This document shows, piece by piece, positions 40,752 through 50,116 of a stretch of DNA of 64,000 bases. The stretch is taken from the IMG/VR virus record IMGVR_UViG_3300024268_004105; one strand, 5' to 3'. The position numbers and the translations under genes were made by a program. The notes below the pieces were generated by a model. The model was not told the DNA's origin. It made no database searches and saw only the letters and a list, made by a program, of their open reading frames with translations. The stretch comes from an uncultured virus (IMG/VR IMGVR_UViG_3300024268_004105) (taxonomy: Duplodnaviria; Heunggongvirae; Uroviricota; Caudoviricetes). The number at the start of each line of letters is the position of its first letter. The stretch's first letter is position 1.

Positions 40752-41099
40752 TTATTTATTGAGCATTTCATAAAACTTCTTTCTATCAAATTCATTATGT
40801 TCATTAATTAATGCTTCAAGCTTATCTAAATACTGAAACAATCTTTCTTTTTCACTATCAAGTAAATATCTATTACTATTATAATTTTTTGCAATCTGGT
40901 TAATATTATTTCCAATCCTATTTATTTCTCCCTTAAGCTGCTTATCTAATGAATATTGTTCTTTTGTTAGTTTATTTGTTTTTTCACACGCAGCTTCTCT
41001 TAAAAGCTCCGACAAAGATATCCCATGTTTTTTACAATAACTCATTATTTCTTTTTTATTCGTTTCTTCGATTCTTAAAATAATAATGTCATCTTTCAT
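40752..41099 (-). CDS. mobC: MobC relaxosome accessory protein (RHH)
   Basis: IILR..E; GISLSELLRE; INRIGNNINQIAK motif. Confidence 0.88.
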   Translation of the reverse strand: MKDDIIILRIEETNKKEIMSYCKKHGISLSELLREAACEKTNKLTKEQYSLDKQLKGEINRIGNNINQIAKNYNSNRYLLDSEKERLFQYLDKLEALINEHNEFDRKKFYEMLNK

Positions 41100-41296
41100 A
41101 TTATACCTTTCTTAACTTCGGACACCGTGGCCGAAGTTAAACAAAATGTAAAATCGCTGCTTTAGATAAGGGGAAAGTAATAAGAACTAATAATTCTAAA
41201 ACAACGATTTTACTTAAGCAAGAAAAAAATGTTCTTAAAAATCTTATCTAATACAAATCAGAAAAGATATATAAATAAGACCTTTAAGATATTTAA

Positions 41297-41366
41297 AGCA
41301 TATCAAATTATGTTTATAAAAAATCAATTTATAATATGAAATAATCTAATTTTTTCTATTATAAAA
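41297..41366 (-). promoter_or_regulatory. Regulon promoter G (mobC-relaxase operon)
   Basis: ATTTATAATA at 41327, inverted box at 41357; -10 TATGCT at 41297-41302. Confidence 0.55.
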
Positions 41367-41414
41367 AATTTTTACTGATTTTTTAACTTCGGTCACCGTG
41401 ACCGAAGTTAATTT

Positions 41415-41513
41415 GGGGTTGGCAGTTATGCCAATGCCAATAAATTGACATTGGCAAGATACGCATTTTGTATATACAAAATGCACTTGTTAGGGGAAGC
41501 CCCTAAAACCCCT
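41415..41513 (-). other. Putative oriT
   Basis: Perfect 22-bp palindrome GCATTTTGTATATACAAAATGC (41463-41484), followed on the minus strand by GTATCTTGC (MOBP nic-like); upstream of mobC. Confidence 0.7.
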
Positions 41514-41639
41514 ATAACTTCGGACAGCATGGCCGAAGTTAGACCTATTTAACTTCGGTCACGGTGTCCGAAGTTAAAACGCATAAAAAAACTTCGGACA
41601 ATTAGTCCGAAGTCACAATATATATGCTTATACTATTAT

Positions 41640-42380
41640 TTATATAGATTTATTTTTATTATTAGAATCAAACAATATATTATCAATTTTTATATTATAT
41701 TCTTCCATCTTATTAAGCTCAATACCGATTAATTTATCAAATAAAGATGCCAAACCCTCAATATTATAATCAGCCAAATAATTCATATATTCAGCTCGAT
41801 CTTCTAATGGAATAACAAACATTGGAAAATTATTATCTAAAGCAAATTTATTTAACAAAATCCGACCTGTTCTTCCATTTCCATCCACAAATGGATGTAT
41901 TCTTTCATATCTAATATGAAACTCAGCAAGATTAGTGAAAAAATCATTACCCTTAAATGAAGTATATAATAATTCATTTATTAATCTTGGAACATCAGAA
42001 GCGTTTGGTGGAATATGTTCTGCTCCTTTTATAAAGACTTGAGATGTTCTATATCCAGATGCTTCATTAATATTTTTGTTTACCAATATTCCAAGATCAC
42101 AAATATAAGACGAATCTACATCCTTTTCTATGTTTACAAACATATAGTTTATTGCATATTTAAGATTAATGGCTTCATATAATTCTCTTGGCTTAATATT
42201 TTTAAGCGGAACATTCGACGAAGTATCAAAAACTATTTGATATGTGTCATAATACGACAATGTACTACCCTCAATTGCATTAGAATTGTATATACTTCGT
42301 GTGACATAGCTTTCAAAATAGTCTTTATTATTATATATAGCATTTATATATTTTTCCTTATCTAACAAAATATCATACAT
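41640..42380 (-). CDS. Fic family AMP-transferase (class II, N-terminal autoinhibitory motif)
   Basis: HPFVDGNGRTGR catalytic motif; SNAIEG inhibitory motif. Confidence 0.9.
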   Translation of the reverse strand: MYDILLDKEKYINAIYNNKDYFESYVTRSIYNSNAIEGSTLSYYDTYQIVFDTSSNVPLKNIKPRELYEAINLKYAINYMFVNIEKDVDSSYICDLGILVNKNINEASGYRTSQVFIKGAEHIPPNASDVPRLINELLYTSFKGNDFFTNLAEFHIRYERIHPFVDGNGRTGRILLNKFALDNNFPMFVIPLEDRAEYMNYLADYNIEGLASLFDKLIGIELNKMEEYNIKIDNILFDSNNKNKSI

Positions 42381-42490
42381 ATTTATTCCTCGTCTTTAAT
42401 TTAAGTTTTTAGCTGCTTTATCTAACTTCGGACACCGTGTCCGAAGTTATAAATAACAATTAATAAATTTTCAAAAACCTATTTTATAGA

Positions 42491-43738
42491 CTAATATTTA
42501 TTATTAGATTTTTTCACTGAATTATAATTTACAGTATCTAAATTAATATTAAGATAATCAGCATAATCATATTTAAATTTTATATCTCTTCCGGTGATTA
42601 CTTTTATATTATTTTCTAAAATACTAATTATATATCCTATTCTTTTTTCAGAAAGATTAAAAGAATCCACATTAGATTTAGGAATGTATAATACATCTGG
42701 AATCATTAGATTTAATGTATTAGTAATAACTTCTTTCCCAATATTTGAGAAAGTTCCACCAAGCTTATGACCTAACATATATTCATATTCATATTCTTTA
42801 AAAGAACTGTATGTACATATATCCGAGTCAAGAGCATTACAAAGCATTGATATATTATAATCAAAAGATGGTGCAAAATCTATAATTTCAAAGGTATCAT
42901 TATTAAACAAAAAGCCAAAATTACCCAAATGTCTATCCTGGTTAAAAATCAAAGAATCCATAAAGAACATTTTTCTTATGTCATCTTCATATCCAATATC
43001 TTTTGATATATCAATAATGTCTTTCGTATTAAAATGATTATCATAGAAATCATTATCAATATCGAAATAATCAAAGCATTTATAAAAAGGAATATAACCA
43101 AATTGTTCATCTGTAAATAGCTTACATTTTGAACACAATCTATTTTTTACTTTTGTAATATCATAAAAAACTGATTGTGATTCAAATATCTGTTGTAAAA
43201 TAAAAGAAGAAATAAATTCTGAATTCGCTTCCAAACCATAATTAGCAGCTCCAGATAATTGAGATTTATACAAGAATATTTCATCATCTTCTTTCTTCCA
43301 AAATTTAGGAACAGAACCCTCTGCTGTAAACTCAGGACTTGAAAAATATGTGGACGATAATTTAAGCCCATGTAAGCCTGTTTCAAATGCAGTCTTTTGA
43401 GCAACATCAGTAAATTGGTTTTTATACATATTTACACTATTCCAAGACAATTCAGAATCGACACTCTTAGTCCATAAACAATCATTTATTCCAAGACAAT
43501 GAGTTATTTCAACAAACCCTTTAGATGTATCTATACCCCATTCTTTTAACCATTTTTTGAAATGTTTTTTATGCTTTGCATAGTTTCGATCAAGTATCCA
43601 ATTATTAATATTGGTGAAACCAATAGGTCTTAGATTGGAAAAACTATTAACTTCTTTAATATTTTCACCATATGTAGAATCCTCAATCGAAAATTCTAAT
43701 ATTATATTGTCTTTATTCATTAAAAAATAATTTGACAT
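42491..43738 (-). CDS. HipA-like Ser/Thr kinase
   Basis: PEFTAEGSVPKFW; LYK; E..SE; D.LI.N.DRHLGNFG; AP.FD. Confidence 0.8.
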   Translation of the reverse strand: MSNYFLMNKDNIILEFSIEDSTYGENIKEVNSFSNLRPIGFTNINNWILDRNYAKHKKHFKKWLKEWGIDTSKGFVEITHCLGINDCLWTKSVDSELSWNSVNMYKNQFTDVAQKTAFETGLHGLKLSSTYFSSPEFTAEGSVPKFWKKEDDEIFLYKSQLSGAANYGLEANSEFISSFILQQIFESQSVFYDITKVKNRLCSKCKLFTDEQFGYIPFYKCFDYFDIDNDFYDNHFNTKDIIDISKDIGYEDDIRKMFFMDSLIFNQDRHLGNFGFLFNNDTFEIIDFAPSFDYNISMLCNALDSDICTYSSFKEYEYEYMLGHKLGGTFSNIGKEVITNTLNLMIPDVLYIPKSNVDSFNLSEKRIGYIISILENNIKVITGRDIKFKYDYADYLNINLDTVNYNSVKKSNNKY

Positions 43739-43818
43739 ATTACTACCTCATAATAAATATGTTTAACTTCGGACACCGTGTCCGAAGTTATAATGCTGGT
43801 TCTACACAAATACTATAA

Positions 43819-44934
43819 TTATATTTTAGGAGAATAATATATAGGTTCAATTAAATCTTTAATTCTTTCAATTCTATTATTAACGTATTCTCCATAGTTA
43901 TAAGCAGATAAATCAAGCTCTACTATCCTATCCAATAAATACTGATCTTTTTCCAATACTTCCAAACAAGCTTTCTCTGAAGAAATATGTCTACCCAAAT
44001 AATGATAAGGTTGACATATCTCATTACCTGTTCCTTCGAAAGCATGATCAAAATCATATATCGGAGATAACTTCAACGCTCCTAAATCAACACCATTATA
44101 GTTATATATTACACCCCAATTCCTTGGGTGTCTATCAATGTTACCAACAAGATAATCACCAACAACCATGCACTCCAGACTTTCTCGATATAACAGATCT
44201 AAATAATAAGAGAATGAATCATCTTTATTCATTAAATAAATAGAATAATAGTCAGCTTTTACCATATTAAAGGTTTCATTTGTAAAACATTTACATACAG
44301 AAACCTCTGTATCATTAAATACATCTTTTTCATATTTAACAACATAATCTCCGAATATTTTATGTAAAATATCTGAAGCTTCTGTTTCTTTGGTGACACC
44401 ATCATTACCACCATCAGCCTTTAATAAGTAAAAATCATTACCCTGTCTCTTCCATGCTTTAGCTGCCTTGCCATCTGTATTAATGTCCGGAGAAATACTT
44501 TCTCTGTTAATTGTTAACCCTTTTCCTGTAAGTGGTAACTCAAATACAGCATTATCAAGGCTATTAGTAAACAAATTTACATCTTCCCATTTCAATGTTT
44601 CATCTTTATCCTTGACCCAAAAACAATCATTAAGGGATACACAACGTGTTGTTAAGCCAATATTAGCTCTTTCGCTTAGTGCCGGAGTATTATCATATTC
44701 ATAAAATGCCAAGATTTCTTTCGCATATTTACGATCTAAAGGTATTATTCTCTCACTGCACCAACAGTTGAAATTAACAATATTGTTTGCTCTATCATCA
44801 ATATCATCGCTCTCTTCCACGTAAATATCCATTGGTAAGATATTATTATTATTTATAACTACTTTTCCACCACTATTTATTGAAAACGCTAAATTGTTTT
44901 TATAATATATTTCGTATGTTTTACCTTTAACCAT
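43819..44934 (-). CDS. HipA-like Ser/Thr kinase (divergent paralog)
   Basis: PDINTDGKAAKAW; LLK; DYLVGNIDRHPRNWG; LSPIYDFD. Confidence 0.8.
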   Translation of the reverse strand: MVKGKTYEIYYKNNLAFSINSGGKVVINNNNILPMDIYVEESDDIDDRANNIVNFNCWCSERIIPLDRKYAKEILAFYEYDNTPALSERANIGLTTRCVSLNDCFWVKDKDETLKWEDVNLFTNSLDNAVFELPLTGKGLTINRESISPDINTDGKAAKAWKRQGNDFYLLKADGGNDGVTKETEASDILHKIFGDYVVKYEKDVFNDTEVSVCKCFTNETFNMVKADYYSIYLMNKDDSFSYYLDLLYRESLECMVVGDYLVGNIDRHPRNWGVIYNYNGVDLGALKLSPIYDFDHAFEGTGNEICQPYHYLGRHISSEKACLEVLEKDQYLLDRIVELDLSAYNYGEYVNNRIERIKDLIEPIYYSPKI

Positions 44935-45075
44935 ATAAACCTCCTTTTTATTAAATTATAACTTCGGACACCGTGTCCGAAGTTATAAAACCATATTATT
45001 CATAATTAACAGCTCTATTTTTAATAATTATTATACCATATAAAAAAAGAAAAACGACTATCTTGCTTTATTACT

Positions 45076-46119
45076 CTATACTTGCTCTTCAGAATATACT
45101 TGTTTGATGTCATTTGAATAAATAAAACAATCAAAATAATCCAGGGAATTATCTTCCCTTAATTTTAACAGAAGATCGTTATAATCTTTAACCTCCTTTG
45201 TTAGAGGTTCCAATACGTTATCAATATGCATTCTATAACAATTATTCTTATATCTATTATAAATATCGTCTGATGCTTTTAGACCTGCATCATCCATATC
45301 TAGATGTAAATATAAAGTAGAAATGTTATATTCATTTATATAAGTATCTATCGCACCATAACAATTTGTTCCGCCCATAGCAAGACCATTAAAATCTTTT
45401 ATATAATCATAGTCTAGAATTTCATTCCACATAGTTATATAACTCATCATATCAATAACAGATTCAAATATATGGACTACTCCATTTTCTGAATTATGAA
45501 GACTTACACCATAGTGATCTTTATCAGAGCCTTCAACATCACCTCTATATGCTTTATCATGATAAGAATTAGTTCCATGCTTTGTAGCATATTTTAGTTT
45601 TTTATCTTTATCATATCCTAAAAATACAAGATTATGATGCTCTATGTCTTCATACAAAAGTTTGTTATCAACAAAATATTGAACAACATCCTGTGATATA
45701 CCTCTCGTCTTTATCAAATAAGCAAAGGCTCTTTTATAGTCATTGTTTTTTTCTGGAAGCTCAATACCACTAACTTCGGACACGGTGTCCGAAGTTTTAT
45801 TAGTTGTATTTATAGTTTGAATTTCTTTTCTCTCAAAATAAAGATTCTGAAATTCTAAAAGAAATTCTATGCAGGACGGAACATCATCATATCCGCAATA
45901 CTCAAGCATAAAATCTATAACAGTTCCACCAGTAGCTCCTTTATTGCTCTTTCCGGAGAATCTATAAAAGGTTTTATCATTATAAATTCTTATAGAATCC
46001 ATTTCTTTCAAAGAATAATAATGACCTATACGAGTTACTCTAAATCCAAAATATTGACAAATATCAATAAATGACACATCTAACGCCCTTTTTCTGTCAT
46101 ATTGTGTATATCTATTCAT
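45076..46119 (-). CDS. DUF3991/toprim primase-like protein
   Basis: GG.VIDF..; AFAYL.KTRGI; VFLG.D; IFESVID.MS; HLDMDDAG; KDYND. Confidence 0.8.
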   Translation of the reverse strand: MNRYTQYDRKRALDVSFIDICQYFGFRVTRIGHYYSLKEMDSIRIYNDKTFYRFSGKSNKGATGGTVIDFMLEYCGYDDVPSCIEFLLEFQNLYFERKEIQTINTTNKTSDTVSEVSGIELPEKNNDYKRAFAYLIKTRGISQDVVQYFVDNKLLYEDIEHHNLVFLGYDKDKKLKYATKHGTNSYHDKAYRGDVEGSDKDHYGVSLHNSENGVVHIFESVIDMMSYITMWNEILDYDYIKDFNGLAMGGTNCYGAIDTYINEYNISTLYLHLDMDDAGLKASDDIYNRYKNNCYRMHIDNVLEPLTKEVKDYNDLLLKLREDNSLDYFDCFIYSNDIKQVYSEEQV

Positions 46120-46166
46120 GTGATACTCCTTAATTTCTAAATTTATATATACAACCTTTATGTATT

Positions 46167-47231
46167 CTACGATGTGTTTATAGTTTCAAAAATTTTAAAA
46201 AAATCATTAGAATAGTGTCTTTCTTCAAAATTTTTAAAAGAATTAGAATTACTATTTTTTGTTTTATTTGTTATTGTTTTTTTATTGATATACTTATGCG
46301 AATTTAACAATGCTATCTTTATAAGATTATCAGAAACAACTTCACAATTGGATAAATAATCTATTACCTGAATAAAATTTGATTTATCCAATGATGCTAA
46401 CAAATTCATAACAGTATCCTTAGAATAAATATTTTGGTTAATTCTATAGATTTCTTTGTACGACATAAGTTCTGATATATCCAAAAGCTCCTGGAACACT
46501 TTAAAAACATTTTCAATTAATTCAAAAAAATCTTCATCGGGTTCTTCCCTATTATTTTTATAATAATTAAATATATATTCCTTAATATTTAATATTCCTT
46601 CGGGGGTCTGTGTGACCACCCCAGGGGGGTCTGTGTGAACCCGGGTCTGTGTGACCACCCCTATATCTTGGGTGGTCTGTGTGACTACACTAGATGTTGT
46701 GGTTTGTGTGTTTTTATCTGTAGAGGGGTGCTCTGTGTGACCACCCCCTATATTTTGGGTGGTCTGTGTGACTACACTAGATGTTGTGGTTTGTTCATTT
46801 TTTTGAGCAATATCATCATTATCGTTTTTCTCAATTTCAAGAGACTCAGGAGTGTCTTTTGGAAGATCTGTATCTTTAATATTACCTAACTCAACATTTT
46901 TTATCATAATACTGTCATTAGGTTCAGAATAGATAACATACCTATTACTACCCTTTCCCTCTAAACTAGAATATTTAAGGATCAGACCGGCAATCATTAA
47001 CTCTTTGATTGCTCTTTTAACAGTTGCTGACGAGATTCCGCATTTTTCTGCGATTTTTTTATAAGATGGAAAACAAATATTATCAGAATCAGCACATCGG
47101 CATAAATACATATATAGACATTTAGCATGACAACTAATATCCAAATCAAATATCATGTCATAAGAATAAAAGAAATTCTTTCTAGTTTTATCTATTTCAA
47201 TAGTATCTCTAATTATATCGTTTTTATTCAT
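46167..47231 (-). CDS. Phage-type replication initiator (N-terminal wHTH, internal iterons)
   Basis: AK.LY.YL.R.A...CFPSY.KIA..CGIS..TV.RAI.EL...GLI; C-terminal F.NF.ER.Y. Confidence 0.8.
   Translation of the reverse strand: MNKNDIIRDTIEIDKTRKNFFYSYDMIFDLDISCHAKCLYMYLCRCADSDNICFPSYKKIAEKCGISSATVKRAIKELMIAGLILKYSSLEGKGSNRYVIYSEPNDSIMIKNVELGNIKDTDLPKDTPESLEIEKNDNDDIAQKNEQTTTSSVVTQTTQNIGGGHTEHPSTDKNTQTTTSSVVTQTTQDIGVVTQTRVHTDPPGVVTQTPEGILNIKEYIFNYYKNNREEPDEDFFELIENVFKVFQELLDISELMSYKEIYRINQNIYSKDTVMNLLASLDKSNFIQVIDYLSNCEVVSDNLIKIALLNSHKYINKKTITNKTKNSNSNSFKNFEERHYSNDFFKIFETINTS
46601..46794. repeat. Iterons / putative oriV inside the rep gene
   Basis: Six TCTGTGTGA-core repeats in a GC-rich patch, including a ~62-bp duplication, next to an AT-rich stretch. 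Confidence 0.8.
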
Positions 47232-47281
47232 ATATGTACCTCTCCTAATTATATGGTTTTATGAATAATAAAATCATAAAC

Positions 47282-47569
47282 CTAAATACTCCGTTTATCT
47301 AAGTTCTTCTTCTCCAAATCTGTTAATTGAATTGGCAAAATACTCAAAATAGTGCCATATTTCTTTACTAATTCCTTCTCCTGATCTAGTGTCTGCGGTG
47401 GTAATGTCTTTTTTTTGCCGTTTTGAAAACAATAGACTAGTGCATCGACAAAAGATGCGTTATTTTTTTCATAGACAGTTTCCATTACGTCCAGGTGTTT
47501 ATCATTCATTCCATTCATAATTAGCTCCTTTAAGGTCTTCCATGTAGTTAACAAATTTTTATAGATCAA
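47282..47569 (-). CDS. Hypothetical protein
   Basis: ORF; start uncertain. Confidence 0.45.
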   Translation of the reverse strand: MIYKNLLTTWKTLKELIMNGMNDKHLDVMETVYEKNNASFVDALVYCFQNGKKKTLPPQTLDQEKELVKKYGTILSILPIQLTDLEKKNLDKRSI

Positions 47570-47893
47570 AATCCAAAAATATCATACATTCTTCTATAAT
47601 ATGCTTCGTTAGCTTGCATTCTTCTTATTTGATTCAATATTTTTGCCTCTTCTTTTTTTCGTAAGGGCTTATTACTCGGCGGACAATAAGTACAAGCTTT
47701 TATTTTCTTTTTATGCTTCTTCATATAACATCATCTCCTTCACCATCGCTAGAATCTATATTCATATTAATTCCTTTCTAATGTGTATTCATTTCCATAC
47801 TAACTTGTGTCTACTTTAATTACTTGTGTCTCATCTATGTATAACCCTTAATCCTGCACTCATATTTACAATCGTAAAACTATAATAAGCCTT

Positions 47894-48332
47894 TTAATTG
47901 TTGCATTTAGCACCCCTAAATATTACAATCATGCTTGGAAAAGGAGCTGCATTTTTTGACTCTCCAAATTTTATTCTTCCCTTTACAAACCTAATTTCTG
48001 CTCGCTGATAAATAAAATCATGAAAATATCTTGTATCCGTTCTGCTTGGAATTAGCATTACTACTAAAGTATTTTCTTCTTTTGTCGAGTAAAAAGCTTT
48101 TTCCACCCATTTACCAATTTGGCTGTAAGGCGGATTGCAAAATACTCTACACCCCCCCCCATTTTTGTGTAAGACCATCTTGATGCATAGTATAATACTT
48201 ATTACATTTATGATTTTCATCTGTTGCACAAGGATCTAAATCAAATTTGAATTCACTATTTAATTCATCAAAAAGTTCTTGAGGTGTTGCGTATTCGTCA
48301 CTATTACTTGAAAACATTAACTTAGTATTCAT
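47894..48332 (-). pseudogene. Phage-type N6-adenine DNA methyltransferase, frameshifted at a G9 tract
   Basis: 5' frame EYATPQELF...FDLDPCA...DGL..KWG; 3' frame VFCNPPYS...LIPSRTDT...GRIKF...APFPS; C9 at 48152-48160 on the plus strand. Confidence 0.85.
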
Positions 48333-48391
48333 TATTTTCACTCCTATTTGTCTTATCTTTTTCCCATTTTCTACTACTATTAGACCACTTT

Positions 48392-48811
48392 TTATGTCTC
48401 ATCCTTATCTGTGTACACATAACAATCCCTCACAACATAGAACGGTCCAGTATAACATCTTATTGATGCCACATAGTTGTTCTTACCATTGTCATCATAT
48501 ACTTTAGGAAGCAGATCAATATCTTTTTCTATTACTTCTCCATCATCATTTTTATAAGTTATAGAACCGATATCGGTTGATTGAGCTACCGTATCGTAAA
48601 CGTATTCCTGCTCTGTAACATCTGGCTTTGCGAACTTAAAAATAACCACAGGAAAAAAAGCAAGTAAACCAGCTAACACAAAGAAAATTCTTGAAAGTAC
48701 ACACTTTGCTTTGTAATTTTTGTATTCAAGAAATCGTAAATGCCCCAATGTAATTGAAGTTACAAATAAAACAACTGCTCCTAATAAATAACAAAATAAA
48801 TTAACTTCCAT
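48392..48811 (-). CDS. Two-TM membrane protein, paralog of 50737..51210
   Basis: Shared PK.YD...YVA...CY.GPFY..RDCYVY C-terminus. Confidence 0.7.
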   Translation of the reverse strand: MEVNLFCYLLGAVVLFVTSITLGHLRFLEYKNYKAKCVLSRIFFVLAGLLAFFPVVIFKFAKPDVTEQEYVYDTVAQSTDIGSITYKNDDGEVIEKDIDLLPKVYDDNGKNNYVASIRCYTGPFYVVRDCYVYTDKDET

Positions 48812-48871
48812 ACTTTCACCTCCAACTTTTTTCTGATAAGTCTTTTTCAAAAACTCTTATATCTTTATTCT

Positions 48872-49369
48872 TTATTCCTTTTCTACTTTGTGATAACTGT
48901 ATGCTGTGCTTTGAGCTGAAAAATTATTAGAATTATTGAATTTATCAAAATGCTCTTTAATAAATTTTATAAAGCAAGATTCGCTAACGCATTGTGCTTC
49001 TGCATTATATTTATTTGTAGCCTGTCTTATATCTATTGTGTAATCAACAATTTTCCCAGCAATATCAAGCCCTGTTTTTGATTTGAATTGCGTAATTGCT
49101 TTTATATTTGGGATGAGAAGTACACCTGTATCGGCGTTTACAGTAGCATAATACATATTTGCATACTGCGAGTTTTCTATGAACTTGCCCTCTAATTTAT
49201 TGACGGGATATATTGGTTCTCTTGTATCTTGTTTTACACCAATAGTCGCAATAAATATAGACGCTCCAACTACTATTCCACTACACTTTTTGCCGGTAAT
49301 ATCGGTAAATTCAGCCTCAAACTCGTCAGCTACGAAGAACCTATCAAATGAGTTGTAATATTTTTCCAT
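48872..49369 (-). CDS. Hypothetical protein
   Basis: ORF with AAGGAG RBS. Confidence 0.6.
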   Translation of the reverse strand: MEKYYNSFDRFFVADEFEAEFTDITGKKCSGIVVGASIFIATIGVKQDTREPIYPVNKLEGKFIENSQYANMYYATVNADTGVLLIPNIKAITQFKSKTGLDIAGKIVDYTIDIRQATNKYNAEAQCVSESCFIKFIKEHFDKFNNSNNFSAQSTAYSYHKVEKE

Positions 49370-49414
49370 TATTATCTCCTTTAATTATTATTTTTATTAC
49401 ATGAATGAACTATA

Positions 49415-49864
49415 TTAAGAATGTAACCAATAATTAGTGCAATTATAAACATCACAAGCTACTTTGAAACCATATTTTGAAGCTATTTCTTTTGCACGAC
49501 TTTTAAATTGGTTTTCAGTATTACCATAAGTTTTTGATAATAGTTTATAATCCTCATCAGATATACTTTTATTATGTTGTATATATGCTTCTGTAATATT
49601 TCTTGCATCAAAAGTAAAATATACACATCCAGAATATAATTGGTACTGAGGTATGGGTTCATTTACAACTTGCGGGTCATAAAATAAAAGAAATCCTTTA
49701 TTCATATCATTGTCTGAAACAAATTCCCATATACAATCTTCTGCCGAAAAAAACGAAAAAGAACTTATATCGAAGCCATCTTCTTTTATAAAAGTGGCTA
49801 TTTTGTCTATTATATATATTTTATCTTCATAAAAATCGTCATTATATAAATCACTTATATTCAT
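49415..49864 (-). CDS. Hypothetical protein
   Basis: ORF; likely start MNISD at 49864. Confidence 0.55.
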   Translation of the reverse strand: MNISDLYNDDFYEDKIYIIDKIATFIKEDGFDISSFSFFSAEDCIWEFVSDNDMNKGFLLFYDPQVVNEPIPQYQLYSGCVYFTFDARNITEAYIQHNKSISDEDYKLLSKTYGNTENQFKSRAKEIASKYGFKVACDVYNCTNYWLHS

Positions 49865-49889
49865 AATTAAAACCTTCTTTACGCTAATA

Positions 49890-50102
49890 TTATTTATGTG
49901 CCTTTTTAATTCTTTCTTCGATTTCATCAACAACATTCTGGGGTTCCAGATATATTAAGCAACTTGAAGTTTTGTATTCATCACTAACATCAATGTTGTT
50001 TTTTTCTAACCAATTATCTATGTCTGTAGTTAAAACCATTATTTCGATTGCTAATTCAGCTCTTCTTTCCAGTTTTTCATGGATTTGTTTTGGTACCTTC
50101 AT
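49890..50102 (-). CDS. Small hypothetical phage-like protein
   Basis: ORF with AAGGAG RBS. Confidence 0.6.
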   Translation of the reverse strand: MKVPKQIHEKLERRAELAIEIMVLTTDIDNWLEKNNIDVSDEYKTSSCLIYLEPQNVVDEIEERIKKAHK

Positions 50103-50116
50103 TTTACTTATCTCCT

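Larger units (their letters stand above)
40682..45797. repeat. Cluster of eleven 27-bp palindromes TAACTTCGGACA-N3-TGTCCGAAGTTA
   Basis: Copies start at 40682, 40717, 41113, 41384, 41515, 41550, 41589 (degenerate), 42423, 43764, 44959 and 45771. Confidence 0.92.

Noticed and set aside
44958..44986. Resemblance to loxP (ATAACTTCG...CGAAGTTAT outer 9 bp)
   Set aside because: The inner segment is 11 bp rather than 16 bp, the TATA inner arms are missing, and there is no Cre-like second recombinase; treated as coincidence, not an engineered site
40682..45797. 27-bp palindromes as a CRISPR array
   Set aside because: Spacing is irregular (8 bp to >1 kb), the intervals contain whole genes, and no cas genes are present
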